Below are positions 53,801 through 63,636 of a stretch of DNA of 64,000 nt, in pieces. A program made the position numbers and the translations under genes. The notes under the pieces are model-generated. The model ran no database searches and was not told the DNA's origin. It worked only from the letters and a program-made list of their open reading frames with translations. Each line of letters opens with the position of its first letter. Position 1 is the first letter of the stretch. This stretch comes from Candidatus Eisenbergiella intestinipullorum (GTDB taxonomy: Bacteria > Bacillota > Clostridia > Lachnospirales > Lachnospiraceae), in the NCBI GenBank assembly GCA_019119815.1, contig DWWH01000006.1, forward strand, positions 130-64,129, in the 5' to 3' direction.

Positions 53801-55687
53801 ATCATTGATGCCGGTGAGCTTCTCGATCTCAAAGGGGATGGGCACCTGGGGGTTCACAAACGTGGAAAACCGGTCCGTGATCTTCCCCTCGCCGTTTTCC
53901 ACCTCCACCTTCACGGCGCCGATCTCGATGATCCTGTTTTTCACCGGTGAAAAGCCCGTGGTTTCAATATCGAATACTACATAGCGCCCGTCTAACGGCT
54001 GGCCCTTTCCATTCGTAACGATCTCCTTCAGATCGTCCACCAGATAGGCCTCCACGCCATAGATCACCTTGAAGAAATCGTTCCGGTCCGGATGCTCGTC
54101 CCCGGCCTCCTGCCGTTTCTTCTTCTCCGCCTTCCACAGATCGTCCACCAGATGGTTGGCGTCCGGGAACGCCTGCACCACGCCGTGATCCGTGATGGCG
54201 ATGGCCGGATGGCCCCACTGATACGCCCGCTTCACAATATCCTTCACCTCGGAGACGCCGTCCATGTCGCTCATCTTGGTATGGCAGTGAAGCTCCACCC
54301 GCTTGCGCAGGCTGTGGTCCTGACGGCTGTGGGTAAAATCGCTGATTTTTTTCAGGCCGACCAGAGAGCCGATGGTCAGCTCCCCGTCGAACCGGTCGAT
54401 CATGGTCATGCCCTTCAGCTTCACAAAGGCGCCGGGCTTGATTCCCTCGCACAGCTCCGCCACCTGGTCATTTTTGGCGAACATTTTGATGGTAAAGGTG
54501 TCCGTATAGTCCGTCACGTCAAAGATCAGGATGGTGCGCTCATTCTTGATTTCCCTCTTGTCCAGCTTCAGGATGCGGCCGCGCACCGTGACCTCGCCCA
54601 TCTCTCCCACGATTTCTTCCATGGGAATGGCTTCGTCCTCAAAATCCCTGCCGTAGATCACGTCCGGATTGTCAGACCGCTTCGGGGAACGGTAAAAATC
54701 GCCGTCTCCTCCCCTTCTTCTGGAAAAGCCGCCGGAGCGCTTTCCGGCAAAGCGGCCCTCCCGGCTGCCGGGCTCCGCATTCCGTTTGTCCGAAATTCCT
54801 CCCCGGCCTGTTCCGGCCGCTGTCTGCGGTACGCCGCTGTCTGCCGGCAGACCGGCGCTGTCCGGAAGGCCGCTTTCTTCCATGGCCATGCCTGCAGCGG
54901 CATCCTGCGCCATGCCGGCCAGATAAGCCTCATAAGCCGTGTCCGCCATGGGGCTTTCCGGCAGATTTCCCGCGCCGGAAGCTGCCGTCTCTCCGGCAAT
55001 GGCCTGGGCAGCCGCTCCCTTCCGGCTTCCGGGAAAGGGACGGATATTGGAGGACGTGCCGGCATTCTGCGCGGCCGCTTCTCCGAATGCGGTCTGATGT
55101 CCGTTCCCCCGGTAACGGGCAGCGATCTCCGCCACCCGTCGGGAAATGAGAATCTCGTCCTCCTCACGGAACCTTCCGCTCTTCGCCTCTTTGTAGTCAA
55201 AGGAAACGATCACCGGCAGGCCGCATCGTTCTCCGAATATCTTTTCCAGGATCCGCCCCAGCTCCTCGCTTTTGGAGCGTGCCAGGACCGTGTCCTCGAT
55301 CAGAAGGCGCATCCGGTCCTCCTGCGGAAAGCTGATCTGGGCATTTTTGAACATGCTGTATAAAAGATGGCTGTATCGGGACAGCTCCAGAAGAATGCTG
55401 TCCCGGTAGACCTCCAGAAGCGTTTCCCTGCTGTACTGGGAGGAAAGACGGAATCTTTCATAAAACCGTACCGTAATGTTCACACCCGCAAAAAGCTGTC
55501 TGCTGATCTCCTTTTCCACCGCAAACACGTCCTTCTTCAGGATCAGATGATCGCTCTGCAGATATACGCGCACGAAATCCTTTGCACGTGTCGCAGTCAC
55601 CCGCTCCACCTGCGCCTGAGCGAACAGATCTTTCTGTTTTCCCTCCAGCTTCAGTCCCGGAAATACCTCAAAAAAAGCCTTTCCCAT
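50891..55687 (-). CDS. polC: DNA polymerase III alpha subunit, PolC type
   Basis: PHP, OB, DEDDh exonuclease (YVVFDIETTGFSP.., HNAGFD.., HRAVDDA) and polymerase core domains; ~1598 aa. ATG 55687 is preceded by GGAGGA. Confidence 0.97.
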   Translation of the reverse strand: MGKAFFEVFPGLKLEGKQKDLFAQAQVERVTATRAKDFVRVYLQSDHLILKKDVFAVEKEISRQLFAGVNITVRFYERFRLSSQYSRETLLEVYRDSILLELSRYSHLLYSMFKNAQISFPQEDRMRLLIEDTVLARSKSEELGRILEKIFGERCGLPVIVSFDYKEAKSGRFREEDEILISRRVAEIAARYRGNGHQTAFGEAAAQNAGTSSNIRPFPGSRKGAAAQAIAGETAASGAGNLPESPMADTAYEAYLAGMAQDAAAGMAMEESGLPDSAGLPADSGVPQTAAGTGRGGISDKRNAEPGSREGRFAGKRSGGFSRRRGGDGDFYRSPKRSDNPDVIYGRDFEDEAIPMEEIVGEMGEVTVRGRILKLDKREIKNERTILIFDVTDYTDTFTIKMFAKNDQVAELCEGIKPGAFVKLKGMTMIDRFDGELTIGSLVGLKKISDFTHSRQDHSLRKRVELHCHTKMSDMDGVSEVKDIVKRAYQWGHPAIAITDHGVVQAFPDANHLVDDLWKAEKKKRQEAGDEHPDRNDFFKVIYGVEAYLVDDLKEIVTNGKGQPLDGRYVVFDIETTGFSPVKNRIIEIGAVKVEVENGEGKITDRFSTFVNPQVPIPFEIEKLTGINDEMVAGAAPIGEVLPEFLAFCEDCVLVAHNAGFDTSFIRENAAGLSLPFEYTYVDTVGIARVLLPHQAKHTLDAVAKTLGISLENHHRAVDDAEATAEIFVRFSRMLHEDGRDTLEKVNALGDSNPDIVKRLPTYHAIILAKNNTGRVNLYRLISESHLTYYAKRPRIPKSLLLKCREGLILGSACEAGELYRALLDEKSEADIARIVDFYDYLEIQPTGNNAFMINDEKIRLVNSIEDIQNINRRIVHLGEQYNKPVVATCDVHFLDPADEVYRRIIMAGKGFKDSEDQAPLYLRTTEEMLKEFEYLGSDKAEEVVITNTNLIADQIETISPVRPDKCPPVIPDSDKTLTDICYSKAHSLYGENLPPIVEERLQKELHSIITNGFAVMYIIAQKLVWKSVEDGYLVGSRGSVGSSLVAYMAGITEVNSLSPHYYCMKCHYSDFDSPEVKAYSGRAGCDMPDKYCPVCGELLKKDGFDIPFETFLGFKGDKEPDIDLNFSGEYQSKAHKYTEVIFGAGQTFRAGTIATLADKTAFGYVKNYYEERGNKKRTCEINRIVTGCTGIRRSTGQHPGGIIVLPLGEEINSFTPVQHPANDMTTDTVTTHFDYHSIDHNLLKLDILGHDDPTMIRMLQDLTGLDPTKIPLDDKQVMSLFQNTSALGITPDDIDGWPLGNLGVPEFGTEFAMQMLLDTKPTSFSDLVRIAGLAHGTDVWLGNAQTLIKEGKATISTAICTRDDIMIYLISMGVESSLAFTIMESVRKGKGLKPEMEEAMVAAGVPDWYIWSCKKIKYMFPKAHAAAYVMMAWRIAYCKVNYPLAYYAAYFSIRASAFSYEIMCQGRSHLEAVMADYKKRSDSLSKKEQDTAKDMKVVQEMYARGYDFVPIDIFQAQSRSFQIVGDKIMPSLNSIDGLGEKAADAIVEAAKDGPFLSKDDFRDRTKVSKTVVDLMDSLHLLGDLPESNQISLFDFAI

Positions 55688-55739
55688 CTTTTCCTCCATT
55701 CCGTACCGCCGGATTTTGCCCTGGCACTGCATCAGACGG

Positions 55740-56798
55740 TCAGTCCTCCCAGTGCAGAAGCTCCTCCCTCAGCACGTTTAACAGTTCGCTCTCCGGCACC
55801 TTTCTCACGATCTGTCCCTTTTTGATCAGCAGTCCCTCGCCTACGCCGCCCGCAATTCCGATGTCCGCCTCTCTGGCTTCTCCCGGGCCATTCACCGCGC
55901 AGCCCATCACCGCCACCTTCACGCCGTCCAGCGGAATATCAGCGACCATTTTTTCCACCTGATTGGCCAGGCCGATCAGATCGATCCTCGTCCTTCCGCA
56001 GGTAGGGCAGCTCACCACCTCGATGCCGCCTTTTCTCAAACCCAGCGTGCGCAGCAGAAGCTTTGCCGTGCGCACCTCCTCCACCGGATCTCCGGTCAGA
56101 GACACCCGGATGGTATCGCCGATGCCCTCATAGAGGATGATCCCCAGACCCACCGAGGATTTGATGTTGCCGCTCCAGAGGGTGCCGGCTTCCGTGATTC
56201 CCACGTGCAGGGGGTAATCCGTCCGCTGTGCCAGGATCTCATGTGCCTTTACGCACATCAGCACATCGGAGGACTTGATGCTGATCACCAGATTGTCATA
56301 GTCCAGCTCCTCGATCATGTGCACCTTGTCCAGCGCGCTCTCCACGATCCCCTCCGCAGTCACGCCGCCGTATTTCTCCAGCAGATCCTTTTCCAACGAG
56401 CCGCTGTTGACTCCCACACGGATGGGAATGTTTCTCTCCTTTGCCGTCTTTACCACGGCTGCCACGTTTTCCCGGGAGCCGATGTTTCCGGGATTGATGC
56501 GGATCTTATCCGCTCCGTTCTCCATGGCCGCGATCGCCATCCTGTAGTCAAAATGAATGTCCGCCACCAGCGGGATATGGATCCTCTTTTTGATCTCTCC
56601 TATGGCTGCCGCAGCCTCCGCATTCGGCACCGTGCAGCGGATGATGTCGCAGCCTGCCGCCTCCAGGCGCAGGATCTGATCCACCGTTTTCTCCACATCC
56701 TCCGTGCGCGTGTTCGTCATGGACTGGATCAGAATGGGGCTTCCCCCGCCGATCACCCGGTTCCCGATCCGGATCTTTTTCGTATGCTCTCTGTACAT
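55740..56798 (-). CDS. ispG: 4-hydroxy-3-methylbut-2-en-1-yl diphosphate synthase
   Basis: [21 protein letters not shown].., ..VSCPTCGRT.. and ..[12 protein letters not shown].. (Fe-S ligands). ATG 56798 is preceded by AAAGGTGG. Confidence 0.95.
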   Translation of the reverse strand: MYREHTKKIRIGNRVIGGGSPILIQSMTNTRTEDVEKTVDQILRLEAAGCDIIRCTVPNAEAAAAIGEIKKRIHIPLVADIHFDYRMAIAAMENGADKIRINPGNIGSRENVAAVVKTAKERNIPIRVGVNSGSLEKDLLEKYGGVTAEGIVESALDKVHMIEELDYDNLVISIKSSDVLMCVKAHEILAQRTDYPLHVGITEAGTLWSGNIKSSVGLGIILYEGIGDTIRVSLTGDPVEEVRTAKLLLRTLGLRKGGIEVVSCPTCGRTRIDLIGLANQVEKMVADIPLDGVKVAVMGCAVNGPGEAREADIGIAGGVGEGLLIKKGQIVRKVPESELLNVLREELLHWED

Positions 56799-57043
56799 AC
56801 CTGCCACCTTTCTGCCGCCGAAAGCGGCATTTCCTTTGTGGGAAGAATGGCGTCGGCCATTCTTTGGCACGAACCACCGGTTTGTGCACTCCTGCCGCCG
56901 AAAGCGGCTTTTTCTTCTATGAAAGGAGCGGAGCCGAAAATAACCTCCGCTCCGCTCTATGTATGTTTCTGTCTTCTATTCTGTCTCATACGGCCGGGCC
57001 ATACGTTCCTTCCGGAACCGTCCGCACCGGCTGCTGTTCCTTC

Positions 57044-58276
57044 TTATTTCTTCTGCAGGAAATCCGGGATCTTCAGCGTCTTCTCCTCCACGTTGCTTCT
57101 CAGGCTGCCCGGTCTGCGGATCCCGCTCAGGCCCTGCCCCTGCTGAGGCTGGGATGCGGGTCTGGACTGCTGCGTTCCGGCGGGACGGGGCTGAACGGGC
57201 GCCGTCTTCGTTGCGGGCATATAGGGTCTTGCCGCTGCGGCGGGCTGAACCTGCCTCACGCCGCCCACCGAAGGCTTCACGCTGAAGGAAGAGCCGATCC
57301 TGCCGGCCTGCTGCTGATTCAGAGCCTTGTCCTCCAGACCGGTGGCGATCACCGTGATCGTGCAGGTATCCGGCGTGGTATCGTCGTACATCGCGCCGAA
57401 AATAATGTTCACATCGTCGCCGGTCAGCTGCTGCACATAGCTGGCCGCATCGTCCGCATCATACATGGAAATATCTCCGCTGACATTGATGATCACATCT
57501 GTAGCTCCGGAGATCGTAGTCTCCAGCAGAGGGCTTTCCACAGCCATCTTGACCGCGTCAGAGGCCTTGTCGTCGCCCTTGCCGTGCCCGATTCCGATAT
57601 GGGCGATGCCCTTGTCCTTCATGACGGTCTGCACATCCGCGAAATCCAGATTGATGACTGCGGGCACATTGATCAGATCCGTTATTCCCTGCACGCCCTG
57701 CTGAAGGACTTCATCCGCCTTCTTCAAAGCTTCCGGCATGGTAGTCCTGCGGTCCACGATCTCCAGGATCTTGTCGTTGGGGATCACAATCAGCGTATCC
57801 ACGCTGTTCTTCAGCCGCTCGATCCCGCCCAGCGCATTGGTCATGCGGGTCCTCGCCTCAAAGCGGAAGGGCTTCGTCACCACGCCTACCGTCAGAATGC
57901 CCATGTCCTTTGCGATCCCCGCGATCACGGGAGCTGCTCCCGTTCCGGTTCCGCCGCCCATGCCGCAGGTCACGAACACCATGTCCGCGCCGGTCAGCGC
58001 ATTCGTGATCTCTTCCGTGCTCTCCTCCGCCGCTTTCTGTCCCACTTCGGGCTTCGCGCCGGCACCGAGTCCTTTCGTCAGCTTCTCTCCGATCTGCAAA
58101 AGCTTGGGCGCCTTGCAGAGCTGAAGCGCCTGCCTGTCCGTATTCACTCCGATAAATTCTACACCGTCGATCTTCTCATCGATCATTCTATTCACAGCAT
58201 TATTGCCTGCTCCGCCCACACCGATCACAATGATCCTTGCGGAAGCCTCAGCATCGTTTGACTTGATTTCCAGCAA
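57044..58276 (-). CDS. ftsZ: Cell division protein FtsZ
   Basis: [32 protein letters not shown] (tubulin signature), Gln/Pro-rich linker and C-terminal ..[13 protein letters not shown] 58276 is 8 nt behind AAGGAGG. Confidence 0.95.
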   Translation of the reverse strand: MLEIKSNDAEASARIIVIGVGGAGNNAVNRMIDEKIDGVEFIGVNTDRQALQLCKAPKLLQIGEKLTKGLGAGAKPEVGQKAAEESTEEITNALTGADMVFVTCGMGGGTGTGAAPVIAGIAKDMGILTVGVVTKPFRFEARTRMTNALGGIERLKNSVDTLIVIPNDKILEIVDRRTTMPEALKKADEVLQQGVQGITDLINVPAVINLDFADVQTVMKDKGIAHIGIGHGKGDDKASDAVKMAVESPLLETTISGATDVIINVSGDISMYDADDAASYVQQLTGDDVNIIFGAMYDDTTPDTCTITVIATGLEDKALNQQQAGRIGSSFSVKPSVGGVRQVQPAAAARPYMPATKTAPVQPRPAGTQQSRPASQPQQGQGLSGIRRPGSLRSNVEEKTLKIPDFLQKK

Positions 58277-58394
58277 AGGTATTTCCTCCTTTTTCAGCCG
58301 CCCACCGCAGTCCCTGCCCCCGGACAGCATTTCTTTACCGGAGCCGCAGACATGCCCGGCCCCTTCTTCTCTCTCAAGAAGCTTCACAATTCAT

Positions 58395-58423
58395 ATCATA
58401 TAATTATTTTCCGGATAACGCAA
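58395..58423 (-). promoter_or_regulatory. Sigma-A-like promoter upstream of ftsZ
   Basis: Minus strand: TTGCGT-17 nt-TATGAT, about 120 nt upstream of the ftsZ start and 29 nt from the left end of MITE copy 3. Confidence 0.45.
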
Positions 58424-58452
58424 CCTCTTTTTTTCACTTTTCTTTCACAGAA

Positions 58453-58587
58453 GTTACAGCTCAGCCTTCGGCAGATCTGTAACGGCATCCGGCCATTCCA
58501 AGCGCTTCGCACCAGGCCGGATGCTTCCAGCCGGTCTGTTTTCGTACGGTCTGCGCAGGGAATGCGCAGGCCTGGCTGAGCAGCAAC
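58453..58587 (+). mobile_element. 135-bp MITE-like element, copy 3 (between ftsQ and ftsZ)
   Basis: Flanked by the perfect 8-bp direct repeat TCACAGAA (58445-58452 and 58588-58595). The right TIR has two transitions (GAGCAGCAAC). Confidence 0.9.
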
Positions 58588-58706
58588 TCACAGAATGCTG
58601 CTGTTGGTTCCTGTTCACGGGCAAGCCAGCGAACAAAAACCCGGTCCGTCTGCCGCCGCAGGCGCCGGCAGTGGCCGGGGCTTCCCGGCCGTGTGTCTGC
58701 ATGCGG

Positions 58707-59585
58707 TCATTCGTCCAGCTCGAAGGAAACATTTTCCCCGCTTCCGGAATAATTTTCCAGGCGGAAGACACCCTTCTTCCCCTCCGCGCTCGGGAGCAGC
58801 TGCTGCAGTCTTGATACCTTTTCTTCTATGTTTTCCTCGCTCCCCAGCCGCGCCCTGACCTCTCCGAAGTACAGGGTCATGTCTCCGGCATCGTCAAAGT
58901 AGATCTTGTCCGCGCTGAGCCCGTACTTGGAAAGGATCTGCGTGATGGAAAGGATCTCCCGGAAAATGTTCTGATTTTCCACCGGCAGCGCCTCATAGAG
59001 CACCACCTGATCAAAGTCGATCCCCGTGATCTCCGGTATGCCTTCGGTCTTGGCCTCCGAAGCCTCCACCACGATACCGTCCCGGTCAAAATACATGTAC
59101 CGGTCCAGATATTCCACATAACCGGCAACGGATTTTTCATAGACGACGATCCGGATCGTGTCGGGAGAGAGCACCTTGACATCCATGGTCTGGATGAACG
59201 GGATGCCCTGGATGCCTCTGTCCCTGTATTTCAGGGAAAGATAAAGGGAGTTGTCCCCGAATCTGCCTCCGGTCACCATCTGGATGATCTCGTCGCTCGT
59301 ATAATGAAGATTTCCTTCCACGTAGATGTTTTCCACATGGAAATACTGCATCAGGAACACAAAGACAGCCGCCAGGACGGCTACGGTCCCGAGAATGGCA
59401 GAAAAAAGGAGGAGCCGTCTTCTGCCGCTTCTGCGCTGCAGGCTTTCCAGGCTGCTTCTCTTTTCACGGGTCAGACCGGAGGCGCCTGATATGACCCGGA
59501 ACCGGCTCCTTGCTGCTTTCACAGATGCCGCAGGCAGCACGCCCGTATGCCTTCCCGGTTTCTTTTTTGCCGTTTTTCTGTCCAT
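58707..59585 (-). CDS. ftsQ: Cell division protein FtsQ/DivIB (POTRA domain)
   Basis: Basic N-terminus, TM segment LLLFSAILGTVAVLAAVFVFL, POTRA ..VENIYVEGNLHYTSDEI.., FtsQ beta-domain. ATG 59585 was chosen. Confidence 0.8.
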   Translation of the reverse strand: MDRKTAKKKPGRHTGVLPAASVKAARSRFRVISGASGLTREKRSSLESLQRRSGRRRLLLFSAILGTVAVLAAVFVFLMQYFHVENIYVEGNLHYTSDEIIQMVTGGRFGDNSLYLSLKYRDRGIQGIPFIQTMDVKVLSPDTIRIVVYEKSVAGYVEYLDRYMYFDRDGIVVEASEAKTEGIPEITGIDFDQVVLYEALPVENQNIFREILSITQILSKYGLSADKIYFDDAGDMTLYFGEVRARLGSEENIEEKVSRLQQLLPSAEGKKGVFRLENYSGSGENVSFELDE

Positions 59586-59610
59586 CCCTGTCGCTTCCTT
59601 TTCCAATCGT

Positions 59611-60861
59611 CTATCCGTCCTGCACACAGGCTCCCAGCAGCCGCAGGTCCCGGCAGATATCCTCATATCCCCTGTCCACATAAAAACGGTTTTCCACCGT
59701 CGTTTCTCCCTGTGCGCACAGACCTGCGATCACGAGGGCCGCTCCCCCTCTCAGCTCCGAAGCCCTGACGCGCTTTCCCGTAAGCATCCGCCCTCCGGGC
59801 ACGACAGCCGTATCCGCGTCCAGTCTTATCCCCGCTCCCATGCGGTTCAGCTCCTTCACAACGCCGAAACGTCCGTTGAAGACCGTTTCCTTCATGCTGC
59901 TTTCGCCTTCCGCCTGTGCCATCGCCACAAGAAGAGGAGACTGCAGATCCGTCGGGAAAGCGGGAAAGCTTCCTGTCTCCACCCTGCCGGGAGAGAAAAG
60001 CGGAGAGGTCCGTTTCACCCACAGCGCATTCTGCGTCCGTCTCAGGCTCGCTCCCATCCGCTCTGCCACAGCTTCCAGCGCACCGTTTTCTCCTTCAGGC
60101 GCCCCTTTTAAACGGACCTCCCCTCCGGCAGCCAGACAGGCGCACAGATAGGTGCCTGCCACGATGCGGTCCGCAGGGATCGTATAGGTGCACGGATGCA
60201 GGCTCTTCCTTCCGCGGATCAGAAGCCTTCCCGGTCCCTGCCTCCGGATCGAAGCACCGCAGTGGGTGAGAAAATCGCAGAGCCAGCCGATCTCCGGCTC
60301 CTGCGCGCAGTTTTCCAGGCAGGTCACCCCGTCCGCCAGCACCGCTGCCATGACCACATTTTCCGTGGCCCCGACGCTGGGATAAGCCAGCCGCAGGGAG
60401 GTTCCCCGCAGTCCGCTGCAGACCGCCGCAAGTCCTTTCCCGTCGTCCCGGCAGGATGCCCCCATCCGGGAGAGCGCCTTTACATGCAGGTCAATGGGAC
60501 GGTCACCGATGACGCAGCCCCCCGGATGGCTCAGGGAAACCTCTCCCAGCCGCCCCAGAAGAGGCCCCATCAGCATAACGGAGGAACGCATCCGGGTCAC
60601 ATATTCTTCCGGAAGGCGGCTGTCCGAAAGCTGCGCCGCGTCGATCCGGATCTCCCTTTTTTCCCGCTCGATCCGGCATCCGATGCTCTCAAGAATACGG
60701 CACATATATTCCACATCCGCTATGCGGGGACAGTTCCTGAGTACACACACTCCCGGCACCAGAAGGGCAGCCGCCATGATCGGCAGCGCCGCGTTCTTGG
60801 AGCCCTGGATCGTCACTTCGCCGTACAAAGACGCGTTTCCGCGGATATAAACAGACTTCAA
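59611..60861 (-). CDS. murA: UDP-N-acetylglucosamine 1-carboxyvinyltransferase
   Basis: GEVTIQGSKNAALPIMAAALL, catalytic-loop HPGGCVIGDRPIDLH (Cys), ..FPTDLQ.., ..VDRGYE.. are EPSP-synthase-fold MurA motifs. Confidence 0.9.
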   Translation of the reverse strand: MKSVYIRGNASLYGEVTIQGSKNAALPIMAAALLVPGVCVLRNCPRIADVEYMCRILESIGCRIEREKREIRIDAAQLSDSRLPEEYVTRMRSSVMLMGPLLGRLGEVSLSHPGGCVIGDRPIDLHVKALSRMGASCRDDGKGLAAVCSGLRGTSLRLAYPSVGATENVVMAAVLADGVTCLENCAQEPEIGWLCDFLTHCGASIRRQGPGRLLIRGRKSLHPCTYTIPADRIVAGTYLCACLAAGGEVRLKGAPEGENGALEAVAERMGASLRRTQNALWVKRTSPLFSPGRVETGSFPAFPTDLQSPLLVAMAQAEGESSMKETVFNGRFGVVKELNRMGAGIRLDADTAVVPGGRMLTGKRVRASELRGGAALVIAGLCAQGETTVENRFYVDRGYEDICRDLRLLGACVQDG

Positions 60862-61037
60862 ATGTCCACCTTCCCGGTTTTATTCAAGATAGAGCTATTC
60901 TATCCTATGCCGGGGCAGGACCTCAGGTGTCTGGCCCCGGCCGCTTTCCGGAAGGCCGGGCCGGACGTCCGGAGGGCCGGCCGCAGCAAAAGTCCCGGCG
61001 CTGCCCGAAACCGGGCTGTCCCGGCGGATCTCGGGGA

Positions 61038-62201
61038 TCAGACCGACCGGAGCCGGATCCCTCTCGCCACGCTCAGCACCAGGCCGATCTCAATGAGCAG
61101 GAACATGACCGAAGACCCTCCGTAGCTGATGAACGGGAGGGAAATTCCCGTATTGGGGATGGTGTTGGTGACGACCGCGATATTCAGGATGACCTGGATG
61201 GCGATGTGTCCCATCACGCCGACCACCAGCAGGGCGCCGAAAAGATCCGGCGCATTGTTGGCGATCACCATGAACCGCCAGCATAAAAGAACGAACAGCA
61301 GGATGACGGCAATCCCTCCGAACAGCCCCAGTTCCTCGCAGATGATGGAAAAAATCATATCATTCTGTGCCTCGGGCAGAAAGCCCAGCTTCTGAATGGA
61401 CTGTCCGAGTCCCTTGCCGAAAATGCCTCCGGAGCCGATGGCATACAAAGACTGGAGCGTCTGAAAGCCCGTTCCCGTGGCGTACTGCTCCGGATTCAGC
61501 CAGGCCAGGATGCGGTTTCCGCGGAAATCCAGACTGGAGCTGTCCATCTGCAGGATGGCGAACACCAGAAGAGCCGCTCCCCCGATCCCCACCGCGCCCA
61601 TGAGAAGAAAGCGTTTGTATTCCGGGCTCGCCACGAACAGCATCAGAAAGGCGATCCCGAAAATGATGATCGCGGAGCTTAAGTTATCCGTGATCTGCCA
61701 GACCATGACGCAGATCGGCACCGGCACCAGCAGCACCAGGAGAAAGCCCCGGAAGGACCGGATTCCCTTTCCCATCTTGCAGATGAAGCTGGCGAGGAAC
61801 AGGATCATGCACAGCTTGGCGATCTCGGCAGGCTGCACAGACATTCCCAGATTCAGCCAGCGGGTTGCGCCGTTCGCCGTGATCCCCAGCGGGGTGAGGA
61901 CCAGCGCGATGAGCACGGCCGAGACCACATACCCCAGAAAGGCGAAGGGTTCCCAGAAGTGGTAGGGAATTCGCGATACCACCATCATCGCCACCAGTCC
62001 GAGCGCAGCCGCCAGGGCCTGATGCTTCAGATAATATGCCTCGTCATAATTGATGCTAGCCGTCATCGACGCTTCATAGGAGCTGGTGGAATAGACCATG
62101 ATCAGACCAAAGCCCAGCAGAAACAGGACGATGAACAGCAGGGTATAATCAAAAAAATATTCCGCTTGTTTTTTCCTTTTTCGGATTGCCACGCTTTTCA
62201 C
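61038..62201 (-). CDS. ftsW: SEDS family peptidoglycan polymerase (FtsW/SpoVE)
   Basis: 10-TM protein with ..QPAEIAKL.., ..PEAQNDMIFSIICEELG.., ..TGISLPFISYGGSS.. motifs. Overlaps the murD stop. Confidence 0.9.
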   Translation of the reverse strand: MKSVAIRKRKKQAEYFFDYTLLFIVLFLLGFGLIMVYSTSSYEASMTASINYDEAYYLKHQALAAALGLVAMMVVSRIPYHFWEPFAFLGYVVSAVLIALVLTPLGITANGATRWLNLGMSVQPAEIAKLCMILFLASFICKMGKGIRSFRGFLLVLLVPVPICVMVWQITDNLSSAIIIFGIAFLMLFVASPEYKRFLLMGAVGIGGAALLVFAILQMDSSSLDFRGNRILAWLNPEQYATGTGFQTLQSLYAIGSGGIFGKGLGQSIQKLGFLPEAQNDMIFSIICEELGLFGGIAVILLFVLLCWRFMVIANNAPDLFGALLVVGVMGHIAIQVILNIAVVTNTIPNTGISLPFISYGGSSVMFLLIEIGLVLSVARGIRLRSV

Positions 62202-63559
62202 CCTTTCAGCCTGTTCACATACTCCTTAAACACGTTCCCTCTCACCTCATAGTTGGGAAACATGCCCCAGCTCGCGCAGGCCGGAGAAAGCAGCACCGCA
62301 TCTCCCGGCTGTGCGCTTTTTGCGCAGATGTCCAGGCATTCCTCAAAGGAATCCGCGAAAACGTAATCGGTAAATCCGTGACGGGCCGCACACTCCGCGA
62401 TTTTTTCCCTGGTCTGGCCGATCAGCACCAGCTTTTTCACCTTTCCGCCAAAGGCTTCGATCCATCCGTCATATTCGCTCTGCTTATCGTAGCCGCCTCC
62501 GATCAGAACGGTAGGCCGGTTCATCGCCCGGATCCCCCGGATGGCCGCATCCGGATTGGTTCCCTTGGAATCATTGTACCAGGCCACACCGTTCACTTCT
62601 GCGACGAATTCGATCCTGTGCTCCACAGCCCTGAAACGCCTTACCGTATCCAGTATATTCTCCAGAGGGACCCCGAATGCCAGCGACATGGCGATCGCCG
62701 CCATCACGTTTTCCACGTTGTGGACACCGAGAAGCTGCATCTCATGGATGTTCATCAGCCGCTCTTTTTTGCCTCCCTCCGTTCTCCAGATCTCCTCTCC
62801 GTCCAGGTAGAGTCCCTCCGGTGGCTGCTGTGCGGAAGAAAACCAGACCACGCGCGCCGGGCAACGCTCTCCGATGGCACGGGTATACGGATCACTGTAA
62901 TTCAGGACGCAGGTGTCCTCCTTCGTCTGATTTTTTGTGATGGATTCCTTCACCGCCGCATAATTTTCCATGGTATGATGGCGGTTCAGATGGTCCGGCG
63001 TGATGTTCAGGATCGCGGATACCTGCGGATGGAAGGCGTCCGCCGTCTCCAGCTGGAAGGAACTGATCTCCGCCACCGTCACGCTGTCCTCCCGGGTTGC
63101 AGACACCTCTGCCGTGATCGGATCCCCGATGTTTCCCACCACGAACACGGAAGGATAGTAGTCTCTCATGATCTGGCCGGTCAGCGCGGTAGTGGTGGTC
63201 TTTCCGTTGGTACCGGTGATCGCGATCAGTCTTCCTTTCAGGAAGGCATAGCCCAGCTCCACCTCGCCCCAGATGGGAATCGCCCTTTCCCGGATGCGGT
63301 CCGCAAAGGGCGTGTCCACAGCAACGCCGGGACTGAACACCGCAAGGGAGATCTCATCCAGCTCCTGCGCCGGAAGCGCTCCCACCAGGATCTTCACCTG
63401 CGCTCCCTCCGGAAGCTTTTTTCTCACCTCTTCCGGGTCCGTCTTTTCATTGCTGTCAAACAGGACCGGAACGGCTTTTGCCGAAAGCAGCAGCTCTGCT
63501 GCCGCAATGCCGCTCTTTCCCGCGCCCACGATCAGAATCTTTTTTCCTTCTACGTTCAT
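62198..63559 (-). CDS. murD: UDP-N-acetylmuramoylalanine--D-glutamate ligase
   Basis: KILIVGAGKSGIAAA, ITGTNGKTTTT, ..NVENVMAA.., Mur ligase C-terminal domain. Confidence 0.95.
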   Translation of the reverse strand: MNVEGKKILIVGAGKSGIAAAELLLSAKAVPVLFDSNEKTDPEEVRKKLPEGAQVKILVGALPAQELDEISLAVFSPGVAVDTPFADRIRERAIPIWGEVELGYAFLKGRLIAITGTNGKTTTTALTGQIMRDYYPSVFVVGNIGDPITAEVSATREDSVTVAEISSFQLETADAFHPQVSAILNITPDHLNRHHTMENYAAVKESITKNQTKEDTCVLNYSDPYTRAIGERCPARVVWFSSAQQPPEGLYLDGEEIWRTEGGKKERLMNIHEMQLLGVHNVENVMAAIAMSLAFGVPLENILDTVRRFRAVEHRIEFVAEVNGVAWYNDSKGTNPDAAIRGIRAMNRPTVLIGGGYDKQSEYDGWIEAFGGKVKKLVLIGQTREKIAECAARHGFTDYVFADSFEECLDICAKSAQPGDAVLLSPACASWGMFPNYEVRGNVFKEYVNRLKG

Positions 63560-63636
63560 ATTTCCTCTATTCCTGCCGCCGCAGGCGGCATGCTGTTTAT
63601 TGTTTTATTGTTTGCGCCTTCCTGTCTTTTCCTGTC

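Noticed and set aside
54697-55087. Low-complexity Ala/Gly/Arg/Pro-rich insert of ~130 aa in PolC; similar regions occur in the IF-2 N-terminus and as an acidic NusA tail
   Set aside because: These are compositionally biased linkers between conserved domains, with no repeat structure or embedded domain. They are probably lineage-typical disordered spacers and not a distinct feature.
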